This document shows positions 20,735-29,719 of a DNA stretch of 50,942 nucleotides, in pieces (position 1 is the first letter of the stretch; each line of letters opens with the position of its first letter). The notes beneath the pieces were generated by a model that was given only the letters and a program-made list of their open reading frames with translations, did not search any database and was not told where the DNA came from. Source of the stretch: Candidatus Hodarchaeaceae archaeon (GTDB lineage: Archaea > Hadarchaeota > Hadarchaeia > Hadarchaeales > Hadarchaeaceae); NCBI GenBank assembly GCA_030018135.1, contig JASEGJ010000006.1, positions 1 to 50,942 on the forward strand. The letters are read 5' to 3'. The position numbers and the translations under genes are program-made.

Positions 20735-21019
20735 CTAAGCTCTGACTTTTTTGACGACTTCATAATTTTTGATCAAGTTGACTGTCGCCTTCGGTGCGAT
20801 CGCCTTTACCTTGGCAACCACCTTCGCTGGGTCTAACGTCACATTTTCCAGCTTGACGAGGTCCTTCTTGCCCATCTTCACGCTTTTCACGTTTATCAGG
20901 ACTACCATCGGATTCCCGCTCTCTGGAGTCATGCCCAGTGCTTTCAGGACATCCAAAGCTTTTCCCGGAGCTATATGGTCAATCGTGACACCATTTTTTA
21001 TCTTCGGATACTTCTCCAA
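20735..21019 (-). CDS. Stand-alone PyrI allosteric (nucleotide-binding) domain without the Zn domain
   Basis: IKNGVTIDHIAPGKALDVL, SVKMGKKDLVKLE and ATVNLIKNYEVVKK; GGAGGTG SD then TTG; stops before the Cys4 domain. Confidence 0.75.
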   Translation of the reverse strand: MEKYPKIKNGVTIDHIAPGKALDVLKALGMTPESGNPMVVLINVKSVKMGKKDLVKLENVTLDPAKVVAKVKAIAPKATVNLIKNYEVVKKVRA

Positions 21020-21191
21020 TCGACCACCTCCCAATTTCATTCGATGTACATCGAAATAAACTATTTGTTTTCCCGGCTTCCCAAAAAAAGATCTATAAGT
21101 GAAATCATTTTTCATCGATAGCGCTGTTCCTATACAGGGATCGGCGGGGCCCCGGCGGCGCCAATTCGGTGGCGTGATTTTTCTCTCAATT

Positions 21192-21446
21192 TCATCTTCC
21201 CCGGTATGCCCCACGCCTATGTCTGACGTACTGAATTTCGACTAACGCCTCACTTTTTATCTTGTAAATGATACGATAATCTCCAGCTCGTAATTTCCAA
21301 TATCCTTCCCACTCGCCATGTAGCTTGTCACCCGCTCCGATGTCATCAAACAATTCATCTATCGCCACCTCTATCCGCCGTTGCATATCCTTTGGAAGTT
21401 TTCTTATGTCCCGCATCGCCCTTCTGGTAAAAGTAATTTCTACCAT
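21192..21446 (-). CDS. RelE/ParE family toxin
   Basis: ITFTRRAMRDIRKL and KLHGEWEGYWKLRAGDYRIIY...VRHRRGAY. Confidence 0.88.
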   Translation of the reverse strand: MVEITFTRRAMRDIRKLPKDMQRRIEVAIDELFDDIGAGDKLHGEWEGYWKLRAGDYRIIYKIKSEALVEIQYVRHRRGAYRGR

Positions 21447-21480
21447 TTCTGGCGCCCATCATTGGGTTAAATACTGGATT

Positions 21481-21771
21481 TCATCTCATCTTTCTTCTCA
21501 AACGCGGCGGCGGATGCCCGAATACTTCCTCGTAGGTATAGATCCTCCCTGCCATCGAGTCCTCTTGGGCTTCCCGGAGTGCCCGTAGGGCACGAGGGTC
21601 TGCCATCTCCTCAATGGTCGCCATTATGCTATTGTACTCCTTCGCCCCAATCACTACGGCGATTGGCTTTCCCTTCCTGCTTACCACGATTTGCTCCCCC
21701 GCTTCGGCATCGCGAAGCAACCGGGGCAATTTTCGATGCGCTTCCTTTACTCCCACGACCCGCCCAGCCAT
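21481..21771 (-). CDS. Phd/YefM family antitoxin
   Basis: VGVKEAHRKLPRLL...IVVSRKGKPIAVVI; directly upstream of the RelE-like toxin. Confidence 0.88.
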   Translation of the reverse strand: MAGRVVGVKEAHRKLPRLLRDAEAGEQIVVSRKGKPIAVVIGAKEYNSIMATIEEMADPRALRALREAQEDSMAGRIYTYEEVFGHPPPRLRRKMR

Positions 21772-21924
21772 CAAAATCACCATTAAACAGTTGGCACCTC
21801 TCATTTTTAAAGGTATGTACCGTGGTTTATACCAACATTAATACCCGTGCAAACATCGAGCAGGGTTTAGACAGCACCTTTGCTTAAAAGGAACTCAGAA
21901 ATTGCTCATTTCACGTAAGTTGAG

Positions 21925-22091
21925 TGGTGGGGCCGCCAGGATTTGAATTCCCGGGGGCTAAGCCCTTCTTAACCCCTCCCGGGTTTGCGGGTCTCTCCGG
22001 AGCACCGCTCCAACGGATCATCATCTTGCCATCAGCAGACCCACAACATCCGCTGGAGCCCGCCGTGCTAGCCAAGCTACACTACGGCCCC
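21925..22091 (-). tRNA. tRNA-Trp(CCA) with two introns: 60 nt at 37/38 (21993-22052) and 30 nt at 53/54 (21948-21977); encoded CCA
   Basis: Acceptor GGGGCCG/CGGCCCC-A-CCA, anticodon stem GCGGG/CCCGC with CT-CCA-G|A, T-arm CCGGG|TTCAAAT-CCTGG after splicing; BHB-type junctions. Confidence 0.88.
21993..22052 (-). ncRNA. Box C/D guide RNA within the tRNA-Trp intron
   Basis: D' box CTGA preceded by GGGTCT (pairs with AGACCC; the +5 rule hits C39); C' box ATGATGA followed by TCCGTTGGAGC (pairs with GCTCCAGCGGA over C34); terminal C and D boxes degenerate. Confidence 0.75.
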
Positions 22092-22135
22092 ACCAAATTG
22101 AGGTTGGACGGCCCGCATAAAAGTTTTCCGAAGAG

Positions 22136-22240
22136 TGGAGCCGGGGAAGGGATTTTCAGGGCAGACCATTTGAACCCCTGTATAGCGGATGCCCGCCGAG
22201 CGGCTGCAGTCCGCCGCGTTAACCGCTCCGCCACCCCGGC
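22136..22240 (-). tRNA. tRNA-Cys(GCA) with two introns: 13 nt at 37/38 (22191-22203) and 16 nt at 59/60 (22153-22168); encoded CCA
   Basis: Acceptor GCCGGGG/CCCCGGC-T-CCA (U73 discriminator), anticodon stem GCGGA/TCCGC with CT-GCA-G|A; the T-loop intron forms a BHB with TTCA/TGAA central helix. Confidence 0.88.
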
Positions 22241-22336
22241 TCGCTCGATATTTTGTCATCGCGCCTTTAAGTCCTTCGCTGCGAACTCAACCCAAGTTTA
22301 TTAAGGGTGGGCACCAAACACTAACAAGGGTCAGAC

Positions 22337-22756
22337 TTGGTCACGGTAGCCGTGAGCATAAACTACATTTCGGCGGAAAAATTCTGGGAGCAGGACAAGC
22401 CAGTGCCGCTAGGCGTCCACATCTCGACGAACATAAATGTCGTCGGCGTCGAGCAAAAGGGCGAACAACTGGCGGTGCCATTTGTGGTCACCATCGGCTA
22501 CACGCCATCGATAGCGCAGATCAACCTGAAGGGCCAGGCCATCCTGTCCGGCGAGAGGGCCGAACTGGAGCAAATTCGCGACGACTACAAGAAACAGCGC
22601 GCGCCTCCGCCCATGCTCATCCAGACCATAACCAACGCCTCGCTCATCGAGGCGACCTTCCTATCGCGCACCCTGAACATCCCCCCGCCGATCCCGCTGC
22701 CAAGCATGCCCAAGCCGCAAAAACCCGATAAGGAAAGGCCCAGCTATGTCGGCTGA
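22337..22756 (+). CDS. Conserved archaeal hypothetical protein (possibly SecB-like fold)
   Basis: Beta-rich N-terminus, C-terminal LNIPPPIPLP and SYVG; host-like codon use; fold call is tentative. Confidence 0.6.
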   Translation: MVTVAVSINYISAEKFWEQDKPVPLGVHISTNINVVGVEQKGEQLAVPFVVTIGYTPSIAQINLKGQAILSGERAELEQIRDDYKKQRAPPPMLIQTITNASLIEATFLSRTLNIPPPIPLPSMPKPQKPDKERPSYVG

Positions 22757-23150
22757 AGTACCATACATGCCTCCGGAAAAGCCCGAGATGCCGAAACACT
22801 TCGCTGGCATCCTGCTCGGCATCGTCCTCTGCATCGTCGGGGCCCTGCTGATCCACCAGGGCGTGACCTTCGCGATGACTGTGGAGAGGCTGGCGCCGAG
22901 CATGGGGCTTCTCGCGGCGGGGGCGCTGCTCATATTCGTCGGCGTGGCGCGGATGTGGCCCGGTAAGTCCTTGGCGAACGCCGGCTTCTTCTGCGCCGGC
23001 GTCCTCTGCCTGGTGGCAAGTGGGGCGTTGATCGCCGGAAACGTTCGAGGTGCGGCGCAGGCCATCCTGCTCACGCTGGTCGGCATAGCGTTGGTCGTCG
23101 TCGGCGTCGAGGTGGCGAAGGAGAGCTGGAAGAAATTTGCCACGCGCTAA
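22746..23150 (+). CDS. Small four-helix membrane protein
   Basis: Four hydrophobic segments; overlaps the upstream gene end. Confidence 0.7.
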   Translation: MSAEVPYMPPEKPEMPKHFAGILLGIVLCIVGALLIHQGVTFAMTVERLAPSMGLLAAGALLIFVGVARMWPGKSLANAGFFCAGVLCLVASGALIAGNVRGAAQAILLTLVGIALVVVGVEVAKESWKKFATR

Positions 23151-23390
23151 AATGGATCGGCCAAACATGATGAACTTTGGCGAGGTCTCATGTCTTAGAA
23201 CATGTAACCATTAAGGGAGGTGAAATCTACGTTCAGAAAGAAGAAAAAGCCGAAAAAGAAACCGGAAGAGAAAAAACCCTGTTGAGGGCTCGAATGAGGT
23301 CAAATGAAAACGTCTAAAAAGTTCGTATTTAGCCAAGCACGCGCGGTATTCAACACCCCTGTTGACATTCGGGGATTTTCCGTATTGAGT

Positions 23391-25283
23391 TCATTTCTCT
23401 AGTTTGTCGGCAACCCACCCGACATCCAGTTCTTCCAACTTTGCCTTTGTGGGCACGCCGGTTTCGTCCCAGCCCATCATCTGATAATACGCGGCGATGG
23501 CCTGCCCATATGCTTCCTTCGAGAGCTTCGTGCCCTTCAGCGCCCCGGCCTCGAGGGGTTGAAAGAACCGCTCTGGCAACCAGTCATCCCGCATGGTGAA
23601 ACCCTCCCTGACATTAAATGCTCGAGCCATGGTGGTAGCGCGCTCCCCGACCTTCATGAGTTCCCATACCGTCGTGTCCCAGCCCGTGACCGCATTCACC
23701 ATCTCCGCCACCTGGGGTATTTTCCACACCCTCGCGGGAGCGGTGGTGAACAGACATATGTCGAGGCAATTGCCCAAGCTCCACCAGTGTTGAAGGTAGG
23801 TAAACAGTCTGACCTTTCGCGGGCCCAGGTCGAGGCTCTTCACCGGCTCCAAGATGCCTATCGGCTTGAGCTGGTCGATGAAGAAGCCCTCCTCCTCGAA
23901 GCACGGGTCGTGCTCCATCTGGACGTGGTCGGCTCCGGTGGGCGAAACGGCATACCCAAGCCCCACGCCCGTCTTCCATCTGCCCTCGTGCATCGGTATT
24001 TCCTTGCCCTTGACGTGCATCGCAAACCTCTCGGCTCCCCCGCCGATTCTCTCGGCGGCCCATTTGACGCCCTCAGCCAGGACGTCGCCCAGCCCCTCCC
24101 GCTTGGCGATCATTTCCGTAACCTTTACTAGGGCATCGCCATTACCAAATCTGAGGTCGATTCTCCCGGTGTCCTTTTCCGTTAGGATGCCGTTTTCGAA
24201 GCACTCCATCGCGAAGGCGATCGATACCCCCGTCGAAATCGAGTCCATTCCGTATGCATTGCAGATCTCGTTGGCCTTCACCACAGCCTTCAAATCAGTG
24301 ACGCCGCAGCACGAGCCAAGCGAGGCGACCCCCTCGTACTCGGGAGCCCCGTAGGCGGGGTCGACCTTGAAGGGCTCATCCACCTTGACAGTCATCTTGC
24401 ACGCGACCGAGCACGCATAGCATGCCGTCTGCCCGACGTGCAGTGTCTCCTTCATCCTTTCCCCGCTTATCCCCTCGGCACCCTCGATGGCGCCGTCGCG
24501 GAAGTTCCTAGTCGGGAGGGCTCCTGAAGCGTTGAGCGGGAGGACGAACTGTGGGGTTCCCAGGCTATGGAGCCCTGAGACATCGGCGTTCTTCAGGTAG
24601 TTTTCGTTGAACCACTTCGCGAGGGCCCTCACCTTGTCCGGCTCCTTTATATCGATCCTCTTCGTCCCCCTCACCGCTATCGCCTTGAGGTTTTTCGACC
24701 CCATGACCGCGCCCATCCCCCCGCGGCCGTTGGCGTGCCTCAGCTCGTTGATGACGCAGCCGTATCGGACGAGTTTTTCGCCGGCCGGGCCTATCTGGGC
24801 AATCCTTATCCTGTTGTCCCCGAGCTCCTCGCGGATGCCCTCCTGGGCCTCTTTCGTCGGTTTTCCCCAGATTTTGCCGGCGTCGCGGATCTCAACTTCG
24901 CCGTCGTGGATCCAAAGGTAGACCGGCTTTTTCGCCTTCCCCTTGATGATCACCGCGTCGTAGCCGGCGAACTTCAGCTCAGGCCCCCAGTGTCCCCCCG
25001 CCTCAGCCTCGCCGTATGTGCCAGTCAGGGGCGACTTGGCGGCAACCGAGAACCTGGAGGTGCCCTGCAGGGGGGCTCCCGTGAGGACGCTCGTCGCGAA
25101 AATTAACAAGTTGTCGGGTCCTAGGGGGTCTGTACCTGGCTTGAGCTCTTTCAAGAGATAATAGAGGGCGAGGCCCCTACCTCCCACATATCTCCTGTAG
25201 AAGATCTCGTTCGACTCATCCACGGAGATTTCCTCCCCGGACAAATCAACTCGCAAAATCTTGCCGTTATATCCATATGCCAT
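23391..25283 (-). CDS. Tungsten aldehyde:ferredoxin oxidoreductase family protein (paralog 2)
   Basis: GYNGKILRVDLS, GRGGMGAVMGSKNLKA, CYACSVAC, APEYE and GMDSIS motifs; ATG at 25283 after GGTG SD. Confidence 0.92.
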   Translation of the reverse strand: MAYGYNGKILRVDLSGEEISVDESNEIFYRRYVGGRGLALYYLLKELKPGTDPLGPDNLLIFATSVLTGAPLQGTSRFSVAAKSPLTGTYGEAEAGGHWGPELKFAGYDAVIIKGKAKKPVYLWIHDGEVEIRDAGKIWGKPTKEAQEGIREELGDNRIRIAQIGPAGEKLVRYGCVINELRHANGRGGMGAVMGSKNLKAIAVRGTKRIDIKEPDKVRALAKWFNENYLKNADVSGLHSLGTPQFVLPLNASGALPTRNFRDGAIEGAEGISGERMKETLHVGQTACYACSVACKMTVKVDEPFKVDPAYGAPEYEGVASLGSCCGVTDLKAVVKANEICNAYGMDSISTGVSIAFAMECFENGILTEKDTGRIDLRFGNGDALVKVTEMIAKREGLGDVLAEGVKWAAERIGGGAERFAMHVKGKEIPMHEGRWKTGVGLGYAVSPTGADHVQMEHDPCFEEEGFFIDQLKPIGILEPVKSLDLGPRKVRLFTYLQHWWSLGNCLDICLFTTAPARVWKIPQVAEMVNAVTGWDTTVWELMKVGERATTMARAFNVREGFTMRDDWLPERFFQPLEAGALKGTKLSKEAYGQAIAAYYQMMGWDETGVPTKAKLEELDVGWVADKLEK

Positions 25284-25287
25284 TTTT

Positions 25288-26223
25288 TCACCCCACCGGT
25301 CCCCTCTCGGGTTTGCTCGCCATAAATTCCTCAGCCTCCTTCCACCGCGGCATCGACTGCGCCCCAACCTTGGTCACGGAGAGGGCCGCGACCGCTGATG
25401 CGAAGTCGGCGGCCTCCAATGGGGCCATCCCCTTATAGATGCAACTTACGAATGCCGAGTTGAAGGCGTCGCCCGCGCCCGTCGTGTCCACCACGTTTTC
25501 GACCTTGTAAATGGGTATGCGATGTTCCCCCTCGGCCGTCACGAGTAGGGACCCGCCCTCGCCTAGGGTTATCAGGACTATCTCGGGGCCAAGGCCGAGG
25601 AGCTTTCTCGCCGCCCTCCTGACATCGGTTTCCTTCGTGAGCTCGAGGGCCCCCCTGCGGTTCGGCAGGAGGATATCCGTCATCCCCAGCAGGTCCCTGA
25701 TCGCGTCTAGGCCGTACACGGCGACGTGCCTCTCCAGGTCGAATGAAACCCTCTTGCCCGCCTCCTTCGCTATCCGCATGCACTTCCTAGCCGACTCGAT
25801 GTTCACCGCATCCGTGTGGAAGATGTCGGCTCTGGCGACGTAATCGGCCATTATTTCGTTCGCCTTGAGCACGTTTTTTTCCATGTAGGGGTCCTGAAGG
25901 ATCTGGCGGCCTCCGTGGGAATCCACGACGATGATGTTGACTGGGGTTTTAGTTTCCTTTTTCAAAAAGAAGTGCTCAACATCCATGTCGTGATTTTTGA
26001 AGTTCTGAAGTATCTCGTGGCCATTTGGGTCGTCGCCGGCCGAGCCCATGAAGCCGGACTTCACGCCCATCCGCGCCACCCCAACGCAGAAATTTGCCAC
26101 GACGCCGCCGCACTGCCTCGCGAAATCCTTTATCCAAATTTTGTCGTCGGGCCTACAGAACTCCTCGACGAGGACGAATTCATCTATCGAACTTACGCCC
26201 AAGCCTACGATTTTCGCGGCCAT
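25288..26223 (-). CDS. PfkB/ribokinase family carbohydrate kinase
   Basis: GGVVANFCVGVARMG, ITLGEGG and VVDTTGAGDAF motifs; ends 4 nt before AOR paralog 2. Confidence 0.92.
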   Translation of the reverse strand: MAAKIVGLGVSSIDEFVLVEEFCRPDDKIWIKDFARQCGGVVANFCVGVARMGVKSGFMGSAGDDPNGHEILQNFKNHDMDVEHFFLKKETKTPVNIIVVDSHGGRQILQDPYMEKNVLKANEIMADYVARADIFHTDAVNIESARKCMRIAKEAGKRVSFDLERHVAVYGLDAIRDLLGMTDILLPNRRGALELTKETDVRRAARKLLGLGPEIVLITLGEGGSLLVTAEGEHRIPIYKVENVVDTTGAGDAFNSAFVSCIYKGMAPLEAADFASAVAALSVTKVGAQSMPRWKEAEEFMASKPERGPVG

Positions 26224-26399
26224 GCTCCAACCTCGCCAATTTTGCCATTTTACCTAAATCTGATTGATTTTAAGTCTTTCGCCTGCTCGCTCCTCGAAAT
26301 TTTCAATCCTCCTTTTCGAGACAACTCCTTGAAACCTGACCAGCTCGGGGATGAGGACAAGCCTTTTGGGGCCAACTCTCATTCTGAGTTTTACCAAAG

Positions 26400-26850
26400 T
26401 TATACTTCGGCCCCCGATTTATCGAAAAGTTTTGGATGCGCCGCGTCTCTACGAAAGTTTTCCTCCCCTAGGCCCTTACGAAAAGCCAGTTCAAACATGG
26501 GCATGAGATCTATTTGAACCTCATCCAGCCTTTTTACTTCCCTGTTCCTCCCCTCGTGCAACAAAACCCATTTATTTAGCTTTAACACTCCCAAGAGCTT
26601 TGCCAGCTCGCTGACTTCAGCCGTTGCCTTGACTTCTACTGGAGTTATGCCACCATCCTTCAAAATAAAATCGACCTCCCTTCCTTTTTCCTTCCAGTAG
26701 AACTTTGCATCGAGCAAAGAAGATGCAATGCATTCCAGCAACTTCCCCTTCTCTATTTCCCTGTACAGACCGAAGACAAGCGACCAGTGGTAGGGGTAAA
26801 CCTTCTGAAGCTTTCTGCTCGCGATCAGCATCGAAATTCTGAAATTTTTC
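26400..26850 (-). pseudogene. C-terminal DUF4143 fragment of an AAA+ ATPase
   Basis: KLLECIA, FYWKEKGREVDFIL and PVEVK only; no P-loop. Confidence 0.7.
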
Positions 26851-26852
26851 AC

Positions 26853-27828
26853 AAAAGATTACATTTTGTTCGATGAAATCCAGAATTTGGACGGTTGGGA
26901 GCTTTTTGTCAACAGGCTCAAGAGAAAAGGCCTGAACCTCACCCTCACCGGCTCGAATTCTAAACTGTTGAGCAAGGAGCTAGCAACGCATCTAACTGGC
27001 AGGTACCTGGAGATAAAAATTTTGCCGTTCTCCTTCAGGGAATTTCTGGAGACGAAGAAGTTTGAGATCGGGGAGATGGACCTGATTTCAAAGGAGACAC
27101 GTGGCGGACTGCTGAATCTTTTAACAGGATATCTCGAAAACGGCGGGTATCCAGAAGTCGTCATCAAAGGATACGGGAGGGACTATTTGAAAACTCTCTT
27201 CGATGGAATAATCTTCAAGGACATAGTAAAGAGGTACAACGTGAGATATTCAAGCAAACTCTACGAGCTGGCCCTGTACCTAGCATCCGCGATCTCGAAA
27301 AGCGCGTCCTACACAAAAATAAAGAACAGCTTGGATTTCAGGAGCGTGCACACAGTGGAAAATTACATGAAATATCTGGAGGAGGCCTACCTTTTCGTGA
27401 CGCTAAACAGATTCTCCTACAAGCTAAAAGAGCAGCTGAAGTCTCCCAAGAAGACCTATTGCATTGACACTGGCCTGGCCAATGCGGTCGGGTTTAAATT
27501 CACGGAGAACACCGGCGGGACGATGGAAAACTTAGTTGCCATAGAACTCATCCGCAGGGGCTCTGAAATCTATTACTGGAAAAATCATTTTGGGGAAGAG
27601 GTGGATTTTGTTGTCAAGGAGGGCTATAGGATCAAACAGGCGATCCAAGTAACGTATGTTTCAAGTAAAAAGGAGTTGGAAAGAAGGGAAATGAAGGCGC
27701 TTGTAAAGGCGTCGAAGGAGTTGAAGTGCCGGAACTTGCTCGTCATAACTTGGGACTATGAGGGGGCCGAGAAATACCAAGATAGAAAAATTAAATTTTT
27801 ACCGCTGTGGAAATGGCTGCTGAGCTAG
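26853..27828 (+). pseudogene. AAA_14 + DUF4143 ATPase lacking the N-terminus and Walker A
   Basis: Begins at Walker B (YILFDEIQ); TGSNS, LTGR, GGYPE, DTGL and EVDFVV motifs. Confidence 0.8.
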
Positions 27829-28082
27829 AAATACGTTGACTTTGTCCGCCTCGGCCAAATTGCTTGAGTAACCTATATCCAACAGCCTCGAGTGTGTCAT
27901 CTAAAGTTGGAAAGAGCCAGAGCTTCCGCCTGCAGACTTAGCTGGGTGCCGGTGTGAGCTCTGGGGATGGATTCTGCATGATTTTTCGGAGACTATTGTG
28001 CAACCACTCGGCTCCAACATTTTTTAGAGATCAGTTAGCTCTGACTTAAGATGACTGGTTGAAGGACCTGATAAACAGACGC

Positions 28083-29402
28083 CTAGGGCGAAAATCGCCT
28101 GGCTGGGAGGATGAGCAGAAATGCCGGCACCGGTGCCGCCACGAGGTTGATTTTCTCCAGATAGTAGATGTGCTCCCCCCCCAGCAGGACCTTGTTTTTG
28201 ATCCCAACCTTGGGGAAGTCACTCGCCCCAGCCGCCGTCTGCCACTTAACCTCAATACCCACATCACCAACGACGAAGTCAACTTCCCGCTTGTCGGAGA
28301 AGAAATACACGTCTTTGAGGCTCCTCCTCAGGTGCTCCCCCACGACCCCTTCCACCAAGCTCGGGAGATCCGGGCTCACGGAGAGATACCTGCAGAAGAC
28401 CCGGTACAAAAACGGGTCCAAGAGGTAAACCTTCCGCTCTTTCCTGAAGAGGGGCACTTTTCGCGAGAGATCGAGCTGGTGGTAGCTCCTGAGCGCGTAC
28501 AGCCCCTCGAGGATCTCCAAGTAGTCACGCACCGTCAGATGGGATCCCACCTCCATCTCCTTCGCGATGGAGTTCAGGGAGAACTTGTTCCCGTAGCGCC
28601 GGAGAACCCCAAGCAGTACGGAGAGGGCCGTTTTTTCGCTCCGGCCGAGCTTTGTGACGTCGAACATGACGGCGTCGAAACAGCTCCTGTACGTGTCCTC
28701 CCTTATCCCCCCCTCCTCGATGAGTTCGAAAAACGCCCTCGGGTAACCCCCGCATTCGAGGAACGTGTGGAAGAGTCTCCTGATCTCGTCGAAAAATGGG
28801 ACGAGTTCCCTTGCAGAGTTCAGGATGTCCTTTGGACGGAATGCCCCAGCACCGATGGACATCAATTTTTGCTTCAGCACCTCGCTCCCGAAAAGTGTGC
28901 AAAACTCCCTGAAACCCAGCGGGAGGAACTCCTTCACCTCCATCGGCCTGCCTGGGAACCTCTCCCGCTTGAGCCCGATCGAGGAGGAGCCCGTGACCTT
29001 GATGGTCTTGTCCCTTGAAAGCGGGGAATCGAGCAGAAATTTCACCGCCTTTTCCCAGCCATCCACGGACGTCACTTCGTCGAGGAAGACATATCTGTGG
29101 CCCTCACCCGCCAAGAGGTCAAATGTTCTGATCACCTCGATGATGTCGTCGCCGTCCCGGAGCATGTCGCAGGCGAAGAGGAGGATGTTCTTGGGATTCA
29201 CCTTCTCTAGGAGGTCGTTCACCATCAGCTTCAGGTACGTGGTCTTCCCCGTTTGCCTGGGTCCTACCACTAGGCAGTTGCCGGGCTCGAAGCCGTAGAG
29301 GAGCCTGTGCTTCCGCCCCATCGCATTTTTTACCTTTTCGTCTTCTCGAATTCTGGTCTTATCCGCCCACCATGGGTTCTGAAGCGCGAGGCGGCTTTCC
29401 AT
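28083..29402 (-). CDS. AAA_14 + DUF4143 ATP-binding protein, intact
   Basis: QNPWW, GPRQTGKT, FLDEV, TGSSS, GGYP, EVDFVV and IEVKW motifs. Confidence 0.88.
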   Translation of the reverse strand: MESRLALQNPWWADKTRIREDEKVKNAMGRKHRLLYGFEPGNCLVVGPRQTGKTTYLKLMVNDLLEKVNPKNILLFACDMLRDGDDIIEVIRTFDLLAGEGHRYVFLDEVTSVDGWEKAVKFLLDSPLSRDKTIKVTGSSSIGLKRERFPGRPMEVKEFLPLGFREFCTLFGSEVLKQKLMSIGAGAFRPKDILNSARELVPFFDEIRRLFHTFLECGGYPRAFFELIEEGGIREDTYRSCFDAVMFDVTKLGRSEKTALSVLLGVLRRYGNKFSLNSIAKEMEVGSHLTVRDYLEILEGLYALRSYHQLDLSRKVPLFRKERKVYLLDPFLYRVFCRYLSVSPDLPSLVEGVVGEHLRRSLKDVYFFSDKREVDFVVGDVGIEVKWQTAAGASDFPKVGIKNKVLLGGEHIYYLEKINLVAAPVPAFLLILPARRFSP

Positions 29403-29404
29403 AG

Positions 29405-29456
29405 TTGTAATTAAACTAACAAGTTATATATAAATATATTGTTATTATGATTACAA
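29405..29456. promoter_or_regulatory. AT-rich imperfect inverted repeat enclosing a TATA box (candidate autoregulatory operator)
   Basis: TTGTAAT..TAACAA...TATATA...TTGTTA..ATTACAA immediately upstream of the ATPase start. Confidence 0.5.
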
Positions 29457-29485
29457 GTTAGGAGACGATTGCGCTGTTTTTCCTA

Positions 29486-29719
29486 TCAATAAAAGCCCCT
29501 GATGCGGATTATTTGACCCAGATCCTTTCGGACCCAGATCCTTTCGATTCCACGCACCTTATCGAACTCCTGATCCTCGCTCGCGATTCTTTTTATCCCG
29601 GCCTTTTCCATCGTGGCCAAGTGGATCGCGTCGGAGGGTTTCAGCTCGTGCTCCAAAAGGTACTTCTCCATGGGCCTCAGGTCGGACTCCTCAATGGGGA
29701 TAACCTCGACATACGGGAG
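29486..29719 (-). pseudogene. VapC/PIN toxin C-terminal fragment
   Basis: LPYVEVIPI...LKPSDAIHLATM...IASEDQEFDKVRGIERI; N-terminus absent. Confidence 0.75.

Noticed and set aside
21924-22304. ORFs overlapping the tRNA pair
   Set aside because: Explained by tRNA-Trp and tRNA-Cys on the minus strand.
22730-22756. C-terminal SYVG as a proteasome-activating HbYX motif
   Set aside because: The Tyr is third from the end, not penultimate.
28059-29018. 319-aa plus-strand ORF
   Set aside because: Antisense shadow of the intact AAA+DUF4143 gene; no recognisable motifs.
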